From positions 1 through 64,000 of IMG/VR virus record IMGVR_UViG_3300015214_000001: a DNA stretch of 64,000 bases. One strand, 5' to 3'. Every line of letters starts with the position of its first letter. Within the stretch, counting starts at the first letter, position 1. This DNA comes from a virus. Lineage: Duplodnaviria; Caudoviricetes. The translations under genes and the position numbers were made by a program. Below are positions 1-10,084 of the stretch, in pieces. The notes under the pieces are model-generated. The model ran no database searches. It worked only from the letters and a program-made list of their open reading frames with translations, and was not told the origin of the DNA.

Positions 1-21
1 CCCCCCCCGAATATTTGTCAA
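1..21 (-). promoter_or_regulatory. Poly-G-spacer sigma70 promoter (truncated at window edge)
   Basis: Minus strand TTGACA-AATATTC-G8+, the same motif as complete copies elsewhere. Confidence 0.7.
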
Positions 22-56
22 CAGGTTTTTGTTATGGAATTGTCAAGATAAATAAA

Positions 57-82
57 AACAGCCTATTCATTGATAGGCTGTT
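57..82 (-). terminator. Intrinsic terminator
   Basis: AACAGCCTAT/ATAGGCTGTT stem with T-tail on the minus strand, after gene 110-865. Confidence 0.6.
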
Positions 83-109
83 CTGACTGCAATAGGCTGT
101 TGAAAGATA

Positions 110-865
110 TTACTTGCTTTCCAGATATGCCTTCAACAGGGTATGAACGATCTCTGGAATGTGTGAGCTTGTTCGCCACTGGTTATCGTGCAAAAGGATA
201 CTACCAGCAGTAGCAACACCTAACCCTAGTACATCAAAGGTGAGGTGATAACTATTAAGCCGAATATCGCCACAATCGCGGTATTCAATATGAACAGCGA
301 TTCCATCAGCTAACTGGATAGTCTTATGTTCAAACTTAAGTGGCTGAATGTGATCTTCTAACCACTTCATCAGGCTATCACTTACCGATTGAGTCTGCTT
401 TGTAAGCCACCGCGTATTGGGGATGGGCATTTTGAGCGTATTAGTATCATTGGTCAGACCTTTGAAGAACCTAAAGATCGCTTTACGCGCCTCGAATGAA
501 AAGCGCCACATTTCCGCGCACATCCGCAACACACAGTGTTGACCAGCTTTTAGGGTTGCGTGGAATGGGGTGTAATACTTGTTGTTGTCAAACTGGATAT
601 GAACGGCGATCAATGAGCCATCATCGGCATAATCGGCAGTGGCAACAACAAACGCGCTGTTCTTGCCTAATACTCTAAGCAAGGCAGGTTTGTTCTCACC
701 ATCTTTGACCAAGAATGATTTGTAGCCAAACTCAGCCCACTTACTTTTTAGCACTGGTGCATGACGAATTAGTTCGCCCAATGCTTCAATAGTTTCAGCG
801 CCGATTTGGATGTCTACAAACATCCCTTTTTTCTTTGCCGCGTCCATCATATCGCCGATTGTCAT
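110..865 (-). CDS. Hypothetical protein, paralog of 1355-2116
   Basis: 251 aa ORF; IQIGAETIEALGELIR vs IQVGSKTIEALGELVR, with similarity along the whole length. Confidence 0.85.
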   Translation of the reverse strand: MTIGDMMDAAKKKGMFVDIQIGAETIEALGELIRHAPVLKSKWAEFGYKSFLVKDGENKPALLRVLGKNSAFVVATADYADDGSLIAVHIQFDNNKYYTPFHATLKAGQHCVLRMCAEMWRFSFEARKAIFRFFKGLTNDTNTLKMPIPNTRWLTKQTQSVSDSLMKWLEDHIQPLKFEHKTIQLADGIAVHIEYRDCGDIRLNSYHLTFDVLGLGVATAGSILLHDNQWRTSSHIPEIVHTLLKAYLESK

Positions 866-876
866 AATATTTTCCT

Positions 877-1212
877 TTACAGATCGTCATCTTCTTCAAT
901 GCGTGTCAAGTGTGCAATCTGCTTGATATGAGCAGTAACAACTGTCCCTGCCTTCAATAAGCCCAAAATCCCCATATCATATTGGGTTGTAACATCTAAC
1001 AGCGTCACCCCATGCAAGCCGTTTCTTACTAAACCTTCTTGCACCGTGTAGCCATCACCGCTTTTTGCTGATGAGAAATATTTCTCACAGAAAGCCTGTG
1101 CATCATATTGGTTGTCTACGATGTAATCAACATCAAGTGGGAATTGATTACCCCCCCCATGCTTCTTGATTCGAATGATATACAGTGGATTTACTAATTT
1201 CTTGATAGCCAT
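877..1212 (-). CDS. Hypothetical protein with in-frame G8 tract
   Basis: 111 aa ORF with RBS; G8 encodes GGG at 1151-1158. Confidence 0.75.
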   Translation of the reverse strand: MAIKKLVNPLYIIRIKKHGGGNQFPLDVDYIVDNQYDAQAFCEKYFSSAKSGDGYTVQEGLVRNGLHGVTLLDVTTQYDMGILGLLKAGTVVTAHIKQIAHLTRIEEDDDL

Positions 1213-1242
1213 GCTAAACCTTTCTGATTGATGTATATATTG

Positions 1243-1273
1243 ACTTTAGCATGGGGGGGGGTGAAAACGTCAA
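1243..1273 (-). promoter_or_regulatory. Putative promoter with C9 in spacer
   Basis: TTGACG-19 bp (contains C9)-TAAAGT, upstream of 877-1212. Confidence 0.45.
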
Positions 1274-1354
1274 TAGTCAGTTTTGGGCAATTTTGCGTAA
1301 ATTGGAGAAATAAAAAAGCCGACAGAAACCCCACTGTCGGCTCAGTCGGCTTAT

Positions 1355-2116
1355 CTACTCATCGCCTATTTGAGCGATGGCTTTCAACATTGCGCCTTGC
1401 ACAATGTCAGGGATAATAGCGCCTGATCGCCATGTGCTATCGCGGACATATAATGTCCCTGCGGTTTCACGCCCCAACCCGCGCACATCAAAGCTGAATG
1501 AATAGTAGTCAAAGCTACTACCGCCACAATAACGATAATTGGCGGTGATACTTACAGCATCAGTCTTAACAATCTGTAGGCTGGTTTTGCCTGTTTTGTC
1601 GATATTGTTATCTAGCCACGACATGAACTTGCCATTGACTTTATGTGACTGACCATCAAGCCACTTCACATCAGGGATTGCAAGTTTGGCTGTATCGGCA
1701 TCATCAACCAAGCCTTTTAAGAAGTTGAAGATGACATTGCGCTGATTAGTGTCTAATCGGCTATAATGTGCGTCTAGGTGCAAGTCATTGACTGTCCCTG
1801 CCTTCAATGCTACGCTGATGGGGTCATCAGATGAGTGGTTATTCGTTTTGAACAACACACTTTCCAATGAGCCATCATCATCAAAAACAGCAGTTAGGAT
1901 GATGATAATGCCATTCATTACCCGATGGAATACAGGTCTATTTGTGCCATCATAGACCACATATTCTCTGTAACCCATCTTGATAGGCTCAGTCAATGGC
2001 GCTGATTGGCGCACGAGTTCCCCTAACGCCTCAATGGTTTTTGATCCCACTTGGATAGTGGAGAAAAACCCCTTAAGGGCTACCGATTTGAACATGCTAT
2101 AAAGTGAATTGGACAT
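1355..2116 (-). CDS. Hypothetical protein, paralog of 110-865
   Basis: 253 aa ORF with shared motifs. Confidence 0.85.
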   Translation of the reverse strand: MSNSLYSMFKSVALKGFFSTIQVGSKTIEALGELVRQSAPLTEPIKMGYREYVVYDGTNRPVFHRVMNGIIIILTAVFDDDGSLESVLFKTNNHSSDDPISVALKAGTVNDLHLDAHYSRLDTNQRNVIFNFLKGLVDDADTAKLAIPDVKWLDGQSHKVNGKFMSWLDNNIDKTGKTSLQIVKTDAVSITANYRYCGGSSFDYYSFSFDVRGLGRETAGTLYVRDSTWRSGAIIPDIVQGAMLKAIAQIGDE

Positions 2117-2152
2117 TGGAGTTCCCTTTCGCGCCCATCGTGTGTCAATGTA

Positions 2153-2539
2153 TCAAATATAGCAGTTCCGCATAGCTATATCAATGGTCACTTTCGGGAT
2201 AATCCAACTCTTAGGTAAAAACTCTTTCATGCCAATCTGATGCAAGAATGAAATTGCCGATTGTGTCAATGCTGTTAAGTCGGCTGTGTCGTTATATCGC
2301 ACTAGCCATACAGTTTGACCATAGTCCTCAAAAGCATCTTGGTGATGTCCGTGAGCTAAGTAATTGACACGATAAATACTAATCATATAGGTTTCAACCA
2401 ACGCATTAATGCTAACCACGTTGATCTTACCTAAATGGGGCAATGCCGATTTCGCTGCCTGATAAAACATATGGTTTGGCAGTGGAACATTATACGGCAC
2501 GCCTTGATATGTGATGTCGTTTGCTTCGATGGTTTTCAT
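2153..2539 (-). CDS. Hypothetical protein
   Basis: 128 aa ORF in co-oriented run. Confidence 0.75.
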   Translation of the reverse strand: MKTIEANDITYQGVPYNVPLPNHMFYQAAKSALPHLGKINVVSINALVETYMISIYRVNYLAHGHHQDAFEDYGQTVWLVRYNDTADLTALTQSAISFLHQIGMKEFLPKSWIIPKVTIDIAMRNCYI

Positions 2540-2542
2540 GTG

Positions 2543-3199
2543 TTAGTTTCCCTTGTTGTGTCGGACAGTGTTTAAGAAGGTAAATTTATGAATAGCGCCA
2601 CCTTCAAACAATCCGAATAAAACACTATGTAGGATGTCGATAAACCTTTCTTTATCAGCATCTCTGTATAGAATGCGGTTATTGAATTTGGCGCTATAGC
2701 TATTTTTCTCAATCACTCGCTTATCCACCATTGAATCGCCGTCATATTCTTGAGATAATTTAACTTTGAACCCACTCACATACCCCTTAGCAGAGAGCAT
2801 ACGCGCCGCCTCAGCGCACTTATCTGCATTAGCATATGGATCAACCAAGATAGCTAGTGCCATCACATCAACTGGCTTGGCATTACGTTCACCTGCAAAG
2901 AAACGCATGAAGCTATCAACTTCATAATATGCTAATGGCAATACTTCATCACGCATGATGCCTTTGATGCGGATGCCATATTGATCGTCGCTTAATAAGC
3001 CGATTGAGACAAGCCCCATATGGGTAAAATTGCACTGAGCTATGAATGATACGCAATGTTGAAATTCTTCATCAACATCATCTTCATCTCGAATGTATAA
3101 CCGCGCTCCACTATTGATGCGTCGATTCCATTCGTCTAACAGCGATGGGTCATCCTTCATACCTTCCAACAAATCAACATACTTCATGTTTTGTAACAT
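2543..3199 (-). CDS. Hypothetical protein
   Basis: 218 aa ORF, AGGAG RBS. Confidence 0.8.
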   Translation of the reverse strand: MLQNMKYVDLLEGMKDDPSLLDEWNRRINSGARLYIRDEDDVDEEFQHCVSFIAQCNFTHMGLVSIGLLSDDQYGIRIKGIMRDEVLPLAYYEVDSFMRFFAGERNAKPVDVMALAILVDPYANADKCAEAARMLSAKGYVSGFKVKLSQEYDGDSMVDKRVIEKNSYSAKFNNRILYRDADKERFIDILHSVLFGLFEGGAIHKFTFLNTVRHNKGN

Positions 3200-3262
3200 A
3201 GACTACTCCTATATATAACAAACAGCGCCGATCAATTGGCGCTGTTAACTTTGACTTAATTC

Positions 3263-3829
3263 CTAGAAATAACGCATTGAATTGGGCCATCTCATATCAT
3301 TCATCACTAAGTACATATACTCAGCACAGAACGCCACGCCTGAAATATGATCTAACCCACGTAACGGGTCTGTGATGTGGATGCGATCTTGATAAGAGCC
3401 TTCAATCCCATCGGGAGTTACGTAACGCTCTGAGCCGACTTTTTCCATGCGAATACCCTTGTATTCCGCATAACCATTATCACTAATAGCTATCTGGATA
3501 AAGAAGCTATATGATTGATGAATGATTGTTCGTTTGGCGAAACGCAAGATACAGCCGATATGGTCTGTCGCATTGACACTGTGTGTTATAAGATACAAGT
3601 CTGATGGAATATCTCCTCCATCCCAAAGAAATATATATTCTCCATTGTGAAACAACTTCACTATGGAGTTGGATGGCTTTTTATTAGCTTTAACGCCGAT
3701 TGAATAACCGTCAGGCATTATTGAATTTAATGCTTTGACAGTATCAGCTATATCCTTTGTCGTAAATAGTTTTCCCACGCGGATACCTTTCAATTGTTTT
3801 TCAACTACCATCATAGCAGACCGCGCCAT
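3263..3829 (-). CDS. Hypothetical protein
   Basis: 188 aa ORF. Confidence 0.7.
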   Translation of the reverse strand: MARSAMMVVEKQLKGIRVGKLFTTKDIADTVKALNSIMPDGYSIGVKANKKPSNSIVKLFHNGEYIFLWDGGDIPSDLYLITHSVNATDHIGCILRFAKRTIIHQSYSFFIQIAISDNGYAEYKGIRMEKVGSERYVTPDGIEGSYQDRIHITDPLRGLDHISGVAFCAEYMYLVMNDMRWPNSMRYF

Positions 3830-3849
3830 AAAATATAAGGGTAAATCCC

Positions 3850-4572
3850 CTAAAGGCTATCTAATTCATCATGTAATTCTGACAATAACCCGCCGTCGCA
3901 TGTCTGGTCATACTCTGTTAATAGGTCTTTGATGCGTCCATCAGGAAACACAGATAGGTATTTAATTGGCATTTGCTCTGCTACAGGGGTGCGCGTAACA
4001 GCATGTACACCCCTTGCTCTATAGCTATCCAATTCATAAGCATAAACAGCTTTAAATAATGGTTGCTGATCTCCTAGCATGAAGTGAAACTCACCATAGA
4101 ACTGATGATGCCATTTAGTGAATTTTTCTAAGTCCAGCAAGTAAGGCCCATATCGTTTGAGTTCTACTTCTTTTGTTGATGATATGGATAAATTTCCTTC
4201 TGTTGCAATTGTGTATTCAGCGTCAAGTCCAATGCAGTGCAGCTGTGAACGGCGACGACCAATATAATGATTTCTATCGCAACGTTTGAGGATGTCAGGA
4301 GAGATAAATCTAGCATCCAATTCTGTCAAGAAGCCATATCTCTTAATCAATGTATCATCAATGAAATTAGGTTGCTTCCAATCAAGGAAGTTAAGTAGGT
4401 CTCGGTTATCCCAGAATACCCCTTCCTCAACTTCATATTTGTGGTGTTGTTGGAATCCACAATATGTATCTACGATCAACCCCACTGGCACATTGATTGT
4501 CTTGCGCTGAACTTCATCTTCATGTAGCACTCTAGTTTCAGGTCTTGCTTCAATCAGTGGTAACGCATTCAT
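3850..4572 (-). CDS. Hypothetical protein, paralog of 14628-15374
   Basis: PVGLIVDTYCG / RYGPYLLDLEKF vs PIGFVVDCYCG / RFGPYLLDTDKF. Confidence 0.85.
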   Translation of the reverse strand: MNALPLIEARPETRVLHEDEVQRKTINVPVGLIVDTYCGFQQHHKYEVEEGVFWDNRDLLNFLDWKQPNFIDDTLIKRYGFLTELDARFISPDILKRCDRNHYIGRRRSQLHCIGLDAEYTIATEGNLSISSTKEVELKRYGPYLLDLEKFTKWHHQFYGEFHFMLGDQQPLFKAVYAYELDSYRARGVHAVTRTPVAEQMPIKYLSVFPDGRIKDLLTEYDQTCDGGLLSELHDELDSL

Positions 4573-4601
4573 GATTTTACCTTTCTATCTTGGTTTAACT
4601 T

Positions 4602-4628
4602 ATTTTACCCCCCCCGAATGTTTGTCAA
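4602..4628 (-). promoter_or_regulatory. Poly-G-spacer sigma70 promoter
   Basis: TTGACA-AACATTC-G8-TAAAAT (15 bp spacer). Confidence 0.8.
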
Positions 4629-4651
4629 GTATCAATTTATATAAAAGCCAA

Positions 4652-4679
4652 TTGACAATTAATGTGGGGGGGGTAATAT
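4652..4679 (+). promoter_or_regulatory. Poly-G-spacer sigma70 promoter (divergent)
   Basis: TTGACA-ATTAATGT-G8-TAATAT (16 bp). Confidence 0.75.
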
Positions 4680-4713
4680 CTGAATATCTATTAAATTGAA
4701 AAGGATAAATACA

Positions 4714-5097
4714 ATGAGTAATGTAATTAAAATTCCCGTTGCCATGCTGATGGATGCGTTTTGTGGGAGAGACTGGGATTATGATATTGAAGCCTTCCGT
4801 TACCCTGATGGTAGACCTTGCGTTCATGCTATGGGTGAGTTGTACAGATTTATCGGCGCGAGAGGGCCTCACCGCGATCACTTCATGTTAGCTTATGCTG
4901 GTCGCTCTGTTTTGTTGCCAGCGATTGAAGCGGGGTTCTTTCCTGGCTCACTCAAGGCTCATAACGTAGCAGAAAGATATATTGAGGCAAGAGATGAATT
5001 TCTACTGTCAATTGGATACCAGCCGACTGACTTAATCGAGATTGAAAATGTTTCTAGGCTTCTTGATCCGAGACACTTTGATCCAAGATTCCTTTAA
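4714..5097 (+). CDS. Hypothetical protein
   Basis: ORF; start moved to the ATG after the AAAGGA RBS. Confidence 0.8.
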   Translation: MSNVIKIPVAMLMDAFCGRDWDYDIEAFRYPDGRPCVHAMGELYRFIGARGPHRDHFMLAYAGRSVLLPAIEAGFFPGSLKAHNVAERYIEARDEFLLSIGYQPTDLIEIENVSRLLDPRHFDPRFL

Positions 5098-5108
5098 CAG
5101 TAGAAAAT

Positions 5109-5134
5109 AAAAAGCCCCTAGTTGGGGCTTTTTT
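5109..5134. terminator. Bidirectional intrinsic terminator
   Basis: AAAAAGCCCC..GGGGCTTTTT between convergent genes. Confidence 0.75.
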
Positions 5135-5135
5135 G

Positions 5136-5423
5136 TTACTTGTCTTTGCTGATTTCCTTATCAGGGATGCTGACGTGTAACCATCCCTCATCATCCGTTG
5201 TCCACTTGGCAGCAGGACAGAAAATAACATAAGTTTCCACGCCACCATCTTCTAATGTCTTGGCGATATAGCAGAAGGGGTTATCAGAGATAACCTCAGT
5301 CTGGATCGTTGGGTCATCGGCAATCAAGTTCTCAGCCATCTGCTTCGCATAAGCTCTTGTGCGAGCTTTGACTAACTGCACCATCCCAGACGATTCATCA
5401 TAACCACTTTCACTTACTTGCAT
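5136..5423 (-). CDS. Hypothetical protein
   Basis: Start reassigned to MQVSES after the GAAAGG RBS. Confidence 0.75.
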   Translation of the reverse strand: MQVSESGYDESSGMVQLVKARTRAYAKQMAENLIADDPTIQTEVISDNPFCYIAKTLEDGGVETYVIFCPAAKWTTDDEGWLHVSIPDKEISKDK

Positions 5424-5452
5424 AATATATACCTTTCTGTATAAGTTAAAAT

Positions 5453-5875
5453 TTATTGAGTGTCGCTTGTATCGGCACATAATCGTGCTGATAACATTGA
5501 TGCCACAATTTTAGCCTTATTTGGCGCTTGTGGATAACCTGATACTACTTCCCGAATAATACCCAACAAGTCAGGGTGGCAGATATTATCAAGGATATAG
5601 TAAAAGTCGGCATCATTGTCATTAGCATCAATCATAATGCCAAATTCACCAGTTGACAATGGGTTCGCATAAAGCGATAGTCTGCCATCTTTGCGGTAAG
5701 TCACTCCCACCCCTTTGACAAGGTTAACACGCGCCGCATAGGGGTGTTCTTTACCTAAGAAGCGATAACATTCAAGGTGGAAGTTAAATCGCGCTCTCAT
5801 TTCCTTGATCGCATTGCTTTCACAATCGCGCATATACGCAATTATCAACTCAGATAATCTTCTCTGTTCAGCCAT
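5453..5875 (-). CDS. Hypothetical protein
   Basis: 140 aa ORF, coupled to upstream gene. Confidence 0.75.
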   Translation of the reverse strand: MAEQRRLSELIIAYMRDCESNAIKEMRARFNFHLECYRFLGKEHPYAARVNLVKGVGVTYRKDGRLSLYANPLSTGEFGIMIDANDNDADFYYILDNICHPDLLGIIREVVSGYPQAPNKAKIVASMLSARLCADTSDTQ

Positions 5876-6339
5876 TATCCCTCACTTTTGGCAGTTGTCG
5901 AGTAGCTACCATCAACAACGCTAACGGCATAAGATTGATCTTTGTCAATCTCTCTGAAAATCAAAGCGCGTTCGCTGAGTGACTGTGTTACATCTTCATA
6001 CGGAGCAATGTCCATTTCCTTGATGACACGCATATCTTTAACAAGCCACACCTTACCATCGCCCACTAGGTAGGTATGTTCATCCTCAAAGAAAATATAG
6101 CGCACTGGGAACTCAAGGCGTAACGTGGCAACAATACGGCGTTGTGATGGGTTAATCCACTCAACAATCCCGCGCCCAGTTCCGATTAAGTGTTGCCCAT
6201 CGGACTTAAGTAGATCATATGATGTCGATCCACTTGTAATCCATTGATTACCATCAATATCGAATGCGCTGTACACTTGAGTGCGGCCACTTTCATTGAT
6301 GGATACATACGTTGTGTTACCTAATTTAGTGTATAGCAT
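5875..6339 (-). CDS. Hypothetical protein
   Basis: 154 aa ORF with AAGGAG RBS. Confidence 0.8.
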   Translation of the reverse strand: MLYTKLGNTTYVSINESGRTQVYSAFDIDGNQWITSGSTSYDLLKSDGQHLIGTGRGIVEWINPSQRRIVATLRLEFPVRYIFFEDEHTYLVGDGKVWLVKDMRVIKEMDIAPYEDVTQSLSERALIFREIDKDQSYAVSVVDGSYSTTAKSEG

Positions 6340-6367
6340 ATCAAGACTCCTTAATCAACATAAACAC

Positions 6368-6397
6368 ATTCTACCCCCCCCACGAAAAATGAGTCAA
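6368..6397 (-). promoter_or_regulatory. Poly-G-spacer sigma70 promoter
   Basis: TTGACT-CATTTTTCGT-G8-TAGAAT (18 bp). Confidence 0.8.
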
Positions 6398-6419
6398 TGG
6401 GCAAAATCGTTAGTGTGCC

Positions 6420-6443
6420 AAAAACGTGGAGTTCCACGTTTTT
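6420..6443. repeat. 24-bp palindrome, copy 1
   Basis: AAAAACGTGGAGTTCCACGTTTTT. Confidence 0.95.
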
Positions 6444-6465
6444 ACATATCACCAGATCGCAATAA

Positions 6466-6939
6466 TCATACACCGCTTGTCATCAATAGCAAGTGCAATA
6501 TGCACTCATTGAATGCCGATTGATTTTCAGCATCTATTTGATCTAACGCGATACGCGCTAATGAGTATTCGCCTGATAGCACTTGCTTAAGGCTTGTATG
6601 CAGGCTTTTCACATGGTCAATGTTTTCATCACCAGTAGTAGCGCAAGTTTCTATCAGTATCCCCGTTATGTTGATGCTTGTGCTATCGTCAATCGGCAAT
6701 ACAAAGACCTGTAATTGTCCGTCAGCCGATAGAGCCAACTTAAGCCTGTTTTTGCCACCGATACTAAGGACAACAGATTCAGATAGATCATTGTTGATCG
6801 TGTGAGACTGTAACGCCACTGCACCATCGGCTTGACCGTTACGCATATATTGTCTGATGGCTTCAATAGCAAGGTCTTGTCCTGATTTGGTTTTAGCAGA
6901 TACCCAAAATTTCAATACTGTGTGTAAATTGTTTTGCAT
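6466..6939 (-). CDS. Hypothetical protein
   Basis: Start reassigned to MQNNLH after the AAAAGG RBS; the longer ORF overlaps a divergent gene. Confidence 0.75.
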   Translation of the reverse strand: MQNNLHTVLKFWVSAKTKSGQDLAIEAIRQYMRNGQADGAVALQSHTINNDLSESVVLSIGGKNRLKLALSADGQLQVFVLPIDDSTSINITGILIETCATTGDENIDHVKSLHTSLKQVLSGEYSLARIALDQIDAENQSAFNECILHLLLMTSGV

Positions 6940-7057
6940 AACATATCGCCTTTTCTTATATAACAGTGTTGTTACTTTACTACATTCTCCCTTGCATATC
7001 GCATGTAAAATGCTACAATAGTGAAGTCGATTAATTATCAACAAGGAGAAAAAAGAA

Positions 7058-7237
7058 ATGTCCGACGAAAAACGCTCAATTGAAGATGTATTCCGTGATA
7101 TGGATTTACGGAATATCGGGTATCTTCTGACAAACCCTAGCGCGTTTGAAGATGTGCCAACTGAGCGCATCCCCGAACTCATCAAGCGTGCGGTTGATTT
7201 AATCGCACGCAGGGGAGAGGAAGGTGACACAGAATAA
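7058..7237 (+). CDS. Small hypothetical protein (59 aa, absent from ORF track)
   Basis: MSDEKRSIEDVFRDMDLRNIG...; AAGGAG RBS, promoter TTGCAT-16-TACAAT (6992-7019), terminator 7244-7273. Confidence 0.8.
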   Translation: MSDEKRSIEDVFRDMDLRNIGYLLTNPSAFEDVPTERIPELIKRAVDLIARRGEEGDTE

Positions 7238-7243
7238 TCTGTG

Positions 7244-7273
7244 AGAGGGGTGCAAATAGCATCCCTCTTTTTT
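7244..7273. terminator. Intrinsic terminator
   Basis: AGAGGGGTGC/GCATCCCTCT stem followed by T-run. Confidence 0.7.
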
Positions 7274-7285
7274 GTTGTGTCTGCG

Positions 7286-7816
7286 TTACCAGTGTGTCAC
7301 TCGTGGGCCATCAGCGGTGAATCTGACACCTTCGCCTGACAAACCTAAAAGATTATCCCATTCTTCTAAAATGTCATTGACTGATTGAAACCGTTCCTCA
7401 CTACAATCAACACGATGGCCATCCTTAGCTTCCCATGTCCAAGTACCCATCGCCAATATAAACTCATCTAGGTCTGGATTTGCTCGTAATACGTTTCGCG
7501 CTTCTGTTTCAAGACATCTAAGCGCAAAATTTCTGGCTGTATTATATAATGCGCCGACTAAGCCGTCTGAGCTAAGATGGGTTTCTTGCTCTACATTCTT
7601 AGACAAGTAATTAGCTAACATCCAAAAACATGATCTTGTTTCAATCGGCGCATTGGCTAAGAATGTCATTACTTGCTCTTGGTAGTGGCTGGTGACATCA
7701 GCATGAAACCTTTCAGTCTCATCTCTAACCTTCTCTGCTTCTCTGCTTGCGATCTCTTGCAGTTCTTTCTTATGCTTATCACGCAACTCAGAAAGTTGTA
7801 ATGTATTATCTGACAT
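7286..7816 (-). CDS. Hypothetical protein
   Basis: 176 aa ORF. Confidence 0.8.
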   Translation of the reverse strand: MSDNTLQLSELRDKHKKELQEIASREAEKVRDETERFHADVTSHYQEQVMTFLANAPIETRSCFWMLANYLSKNVEQETHLSSDGLVGALYNTARNFALRCLETEARNVLRANPDLDEFILAMGTWTWEAKDGHRVDCSEERFQSVNDILEEWDNLLGLSGEGVRFTADGPRVTHW

Positions 7817-7818
7817 AT

Positions 7819-8397
7819 TTAACTCTCCCTGTTCCTAAATAGGTCATTGATGATCTTTTCAAATACTAGCGATGGGTCATTGTTGTGGGGCGCTAAAACA
7901 TTCCCATGAACATCAGTTAATCGTATTGTGGTGCAGTATAAACCTTCGTGCATTTGACATGACATGGACTGAGTGCCGACTGCAAAATTAACAATGCGAT
8001 CAACCCCAAATTCTTCAATAGTCACATCAACGTTCAGCGCTTTGATGTCATTGATTGCAAGCGCTACATTGTCGGCATTACCATATAACAATCGTAATAC
8101 TGATGGGAATGCAGGGTGATTGACGTAAACCAGCGGATACCAGTCAATAGTCGGCAATGGCAATAATGCTGACACTTCATCAGAGCCATTGACCACAGAC
8201 AATTTAATACCGTTGTCGATATACTCAAGCTCAATGCGCTCTGATTGCCGATTGATTGCATTGAAAGTGAGCCGACCAATCGCATAAGCCTCAAACACAG
8301 TCAGATGACTGCCATCAACTTGAAGCGTTAAACGTTTGAGTGCTTCATCAACTGCTAAGATTTTATTCGATACTTCCGATGCGTCTAGTAGTGTCAT
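7819..8397 (-). CDS. Hypothetical protein, tandem paralog of 8411-8983
   Basis: WYPLVYVNHPAFPSVLRL shared; start reassigned. Confidence 0.85.
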   Translation of the reverse strand: MTLLDASEVSNKILAVDEALKRLTLQVDGSHLTVFEAYAIGRLTFNAINRQSERIELEYIDNGIKLSVVNGSDEVSALLPLPTIDWYPLVYVNHPAFPSVLRLLYGNADNVALAINDIKALNVDVTIEEFGVDRIVNFAVGTQSMSCQMHEGLYCTTIRLTDVHGNVLAPHNNDPSLVFEKIINDLFRNRES

Positions 8398-8410
8398 GAT
8401 TATTTTCTTT

Positions 8411-8983
8411 CTATGAATCCAACTGACTAGGGAATAGGTCATTGATAATTTTCTCAAAGATCAATGACGGATCATAGTTATATGGTATTAAATCATCGCT
8501 TGGTTTAACACCCCAAAAGCGTAACACTTCTCCACCAACCCCATTGCATATCAGTTGATTATCTCCAACTTTAATAGTTATATTTCGACATCCGCTAGTT
8601 TCTTCAACTGAAACATCAGCATTAAGCGCCTTAAGGTCACTGATAGCAAGTGTCACATTATCGGTATCACCGTATATCAACCGCAATACTGATGGAAACG
8701 CGGGATGGTTAGCGTAGACTAATGGATACCACGCCACAGCAGGCAACGGCAACATCACTGACACCTCATCAGCAACGTTGAAAACAGAGACTTTGATGCC
8801 ATTGTCGGCATACTTCATTTCGATGCGTTCTGTCTGTCGATTAGTGGGGTTGAAAATAAGTGTTTCAGTGTCGTCAATTTCTCCCGCTGTTAGGTAACTT
8901 CCATCTTCTTCCAGCGTCAGGCTATACAACACCTTATCAACTTCGTCAATTAGACGGATTATATCTGAGCCAGTGTAGAACAT
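8411..8983 (-). CDS. Hypothetical protein, tandem paralog of 7819-8397
   Basis: WYPLVYANHPAFPSVLRL and DPSLIFEKIINDLF shared. Confidence 0.85.
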   Translation of the reverse strand: MFYTGSDIIRLIDEVDKVLYSLTLEEDGSYLTAGEIDDTETLIFNPTNRQTERIEMKYADNGIKVSVFNVADEVSVMLPLPAVAWYPLVYANHPAFPSVLRLIYGDTDNVTLAISDLKALNADVSVEETSGCRNITIKVGDNQLICNGVGGEVLRFWGVKPSDDLIPYNYDPSLIFEKIINDLFPSQLDS

Positions 8984-9048
8984 TGTATTTCCCTTTCTTG
9001 CACAATGCACCCCTATGGCTAAAACTAACGATAGGGGTGTAATGCGGA

Positions 9049-9342
9049 TTATTTATATTCTTTGCCTAAAAACCCAAATAATAACGCGATGGAATCAACA
9101 AATCTACTATCAACGCCATTACGTAATTTCGTAGCACATGAGATTGATAACTGACCAGTAGCGGGATCATAGCTTATAGCCGATATACTATCAAGTGGGA
9201 TTGCTTCTTCGTTGTTCAAGTATAGGAATTTCTTGCCGCCGACTTCCACAATTAAACCTTTTTCTAACGCGACGTGTAACTCATTTTGATCCATCACACT
9301 TAAAAGAGTTTTTAATGCCGATGCTCGATCTACTACATACAT
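9049..9342 (-). CDS. Hypothetical protein
   Basis: 97 aa ORF with RBS. Confidence 0.7.
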   Translation of the reverse strand: MYVVDRASALKTLLSVMDQNELHVALEKGLIVEVGGKKFLYLNNEEAIPLDSISAISYDPATGQLSISCATKLRNGVDSRFVDSIALLFGFLGKEYK

Positions 9343-9469
9343 TTTTTGTTTCTTTCCTCTTAAGGGATACGTTGATTTATTATATCAATTAATTCCACGA
9401 GCAACAATCCTAAATACTTTCCCTTGCATGTTAAAATGGGAACTATTGCCAAGTAAAGGATTATAGATC

Positions 9470-10078
9470 ATGTATGCACATTGTAATGAATATGTATTGA
9501 ACAGGCTTGTTGAAGCCTATAAAGAACGTGTTGAAAGCATCAACCGAGAAAGCATAACCCCTGAAATACGCGATAGGCTCGGATGGGACGCAGATTTATA
9601 TTGCAAAGAATATAAATTAAACATCAGTGATGTTGCAGATATTTTAATTGGTTGCGATAATGATGCTGATAGGCTTAAAGAATTGAATAGGCTGATCTAT
9701 ATGCGTCAGTTGATTGAATTAGGAGATAAGTTTTATAGCTACGTGAGAGACCTTATCGGCGGCCTGCAACTATCGACAAATTCTCTTGAGTTTATTTGTA
9801 TCCAAGATGAACTTTATATCAGAACTGATGATATTATAAGTATGCAATTTGAATTTAATGTTTCTGAGCCATCAATCACTATCACTGTGCGCTCAAACGT
9901 GCCTGAATTGCGCGGGGGATCAACATTTACTTGTGTAGGGGTATTTGCTAAGGCAGTGGCGGCTGTACTGGGAAAATACGATTGGTTTAATGAGATCGCC
10001 AAAGAACACTACGCGCCATTTGCATTGAGAAGCATAAGAGAGCTAAACCCCAACGCATCAACTTATCATATACGGTAA
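9470..10078 (+). CDS. Hypothetical protein
   Basis: 202 aa ORF with AAAGGA RBS. Confidence 0.8.
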   Translation: MYAHCNEYVLNRLVEAYKERVESINRESITPEIRDRLGWDADLYCKEYKLNISDVADILIGCDNDADRLKELNRLIYMRQLIELGDKFYSYVRDLIGGLQLSTNSLEFICIQDELYIRTDDIISMQFEFNVSEPSITITVRSNVPELRGGSTFTCVGVFAKAVAAVLGKYDWFNEIAKEHYAPFALRSIRELNPNASTYHIR

Positions 10079-10084
10079 GTAATC

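Noticed and set aside
6940-7230. N-terminal extension of ORF 6466-7230
   Set aside because: It is antisense to a well-supported 59-aa gene and its promoter; a better RBS and start lie at 6939.
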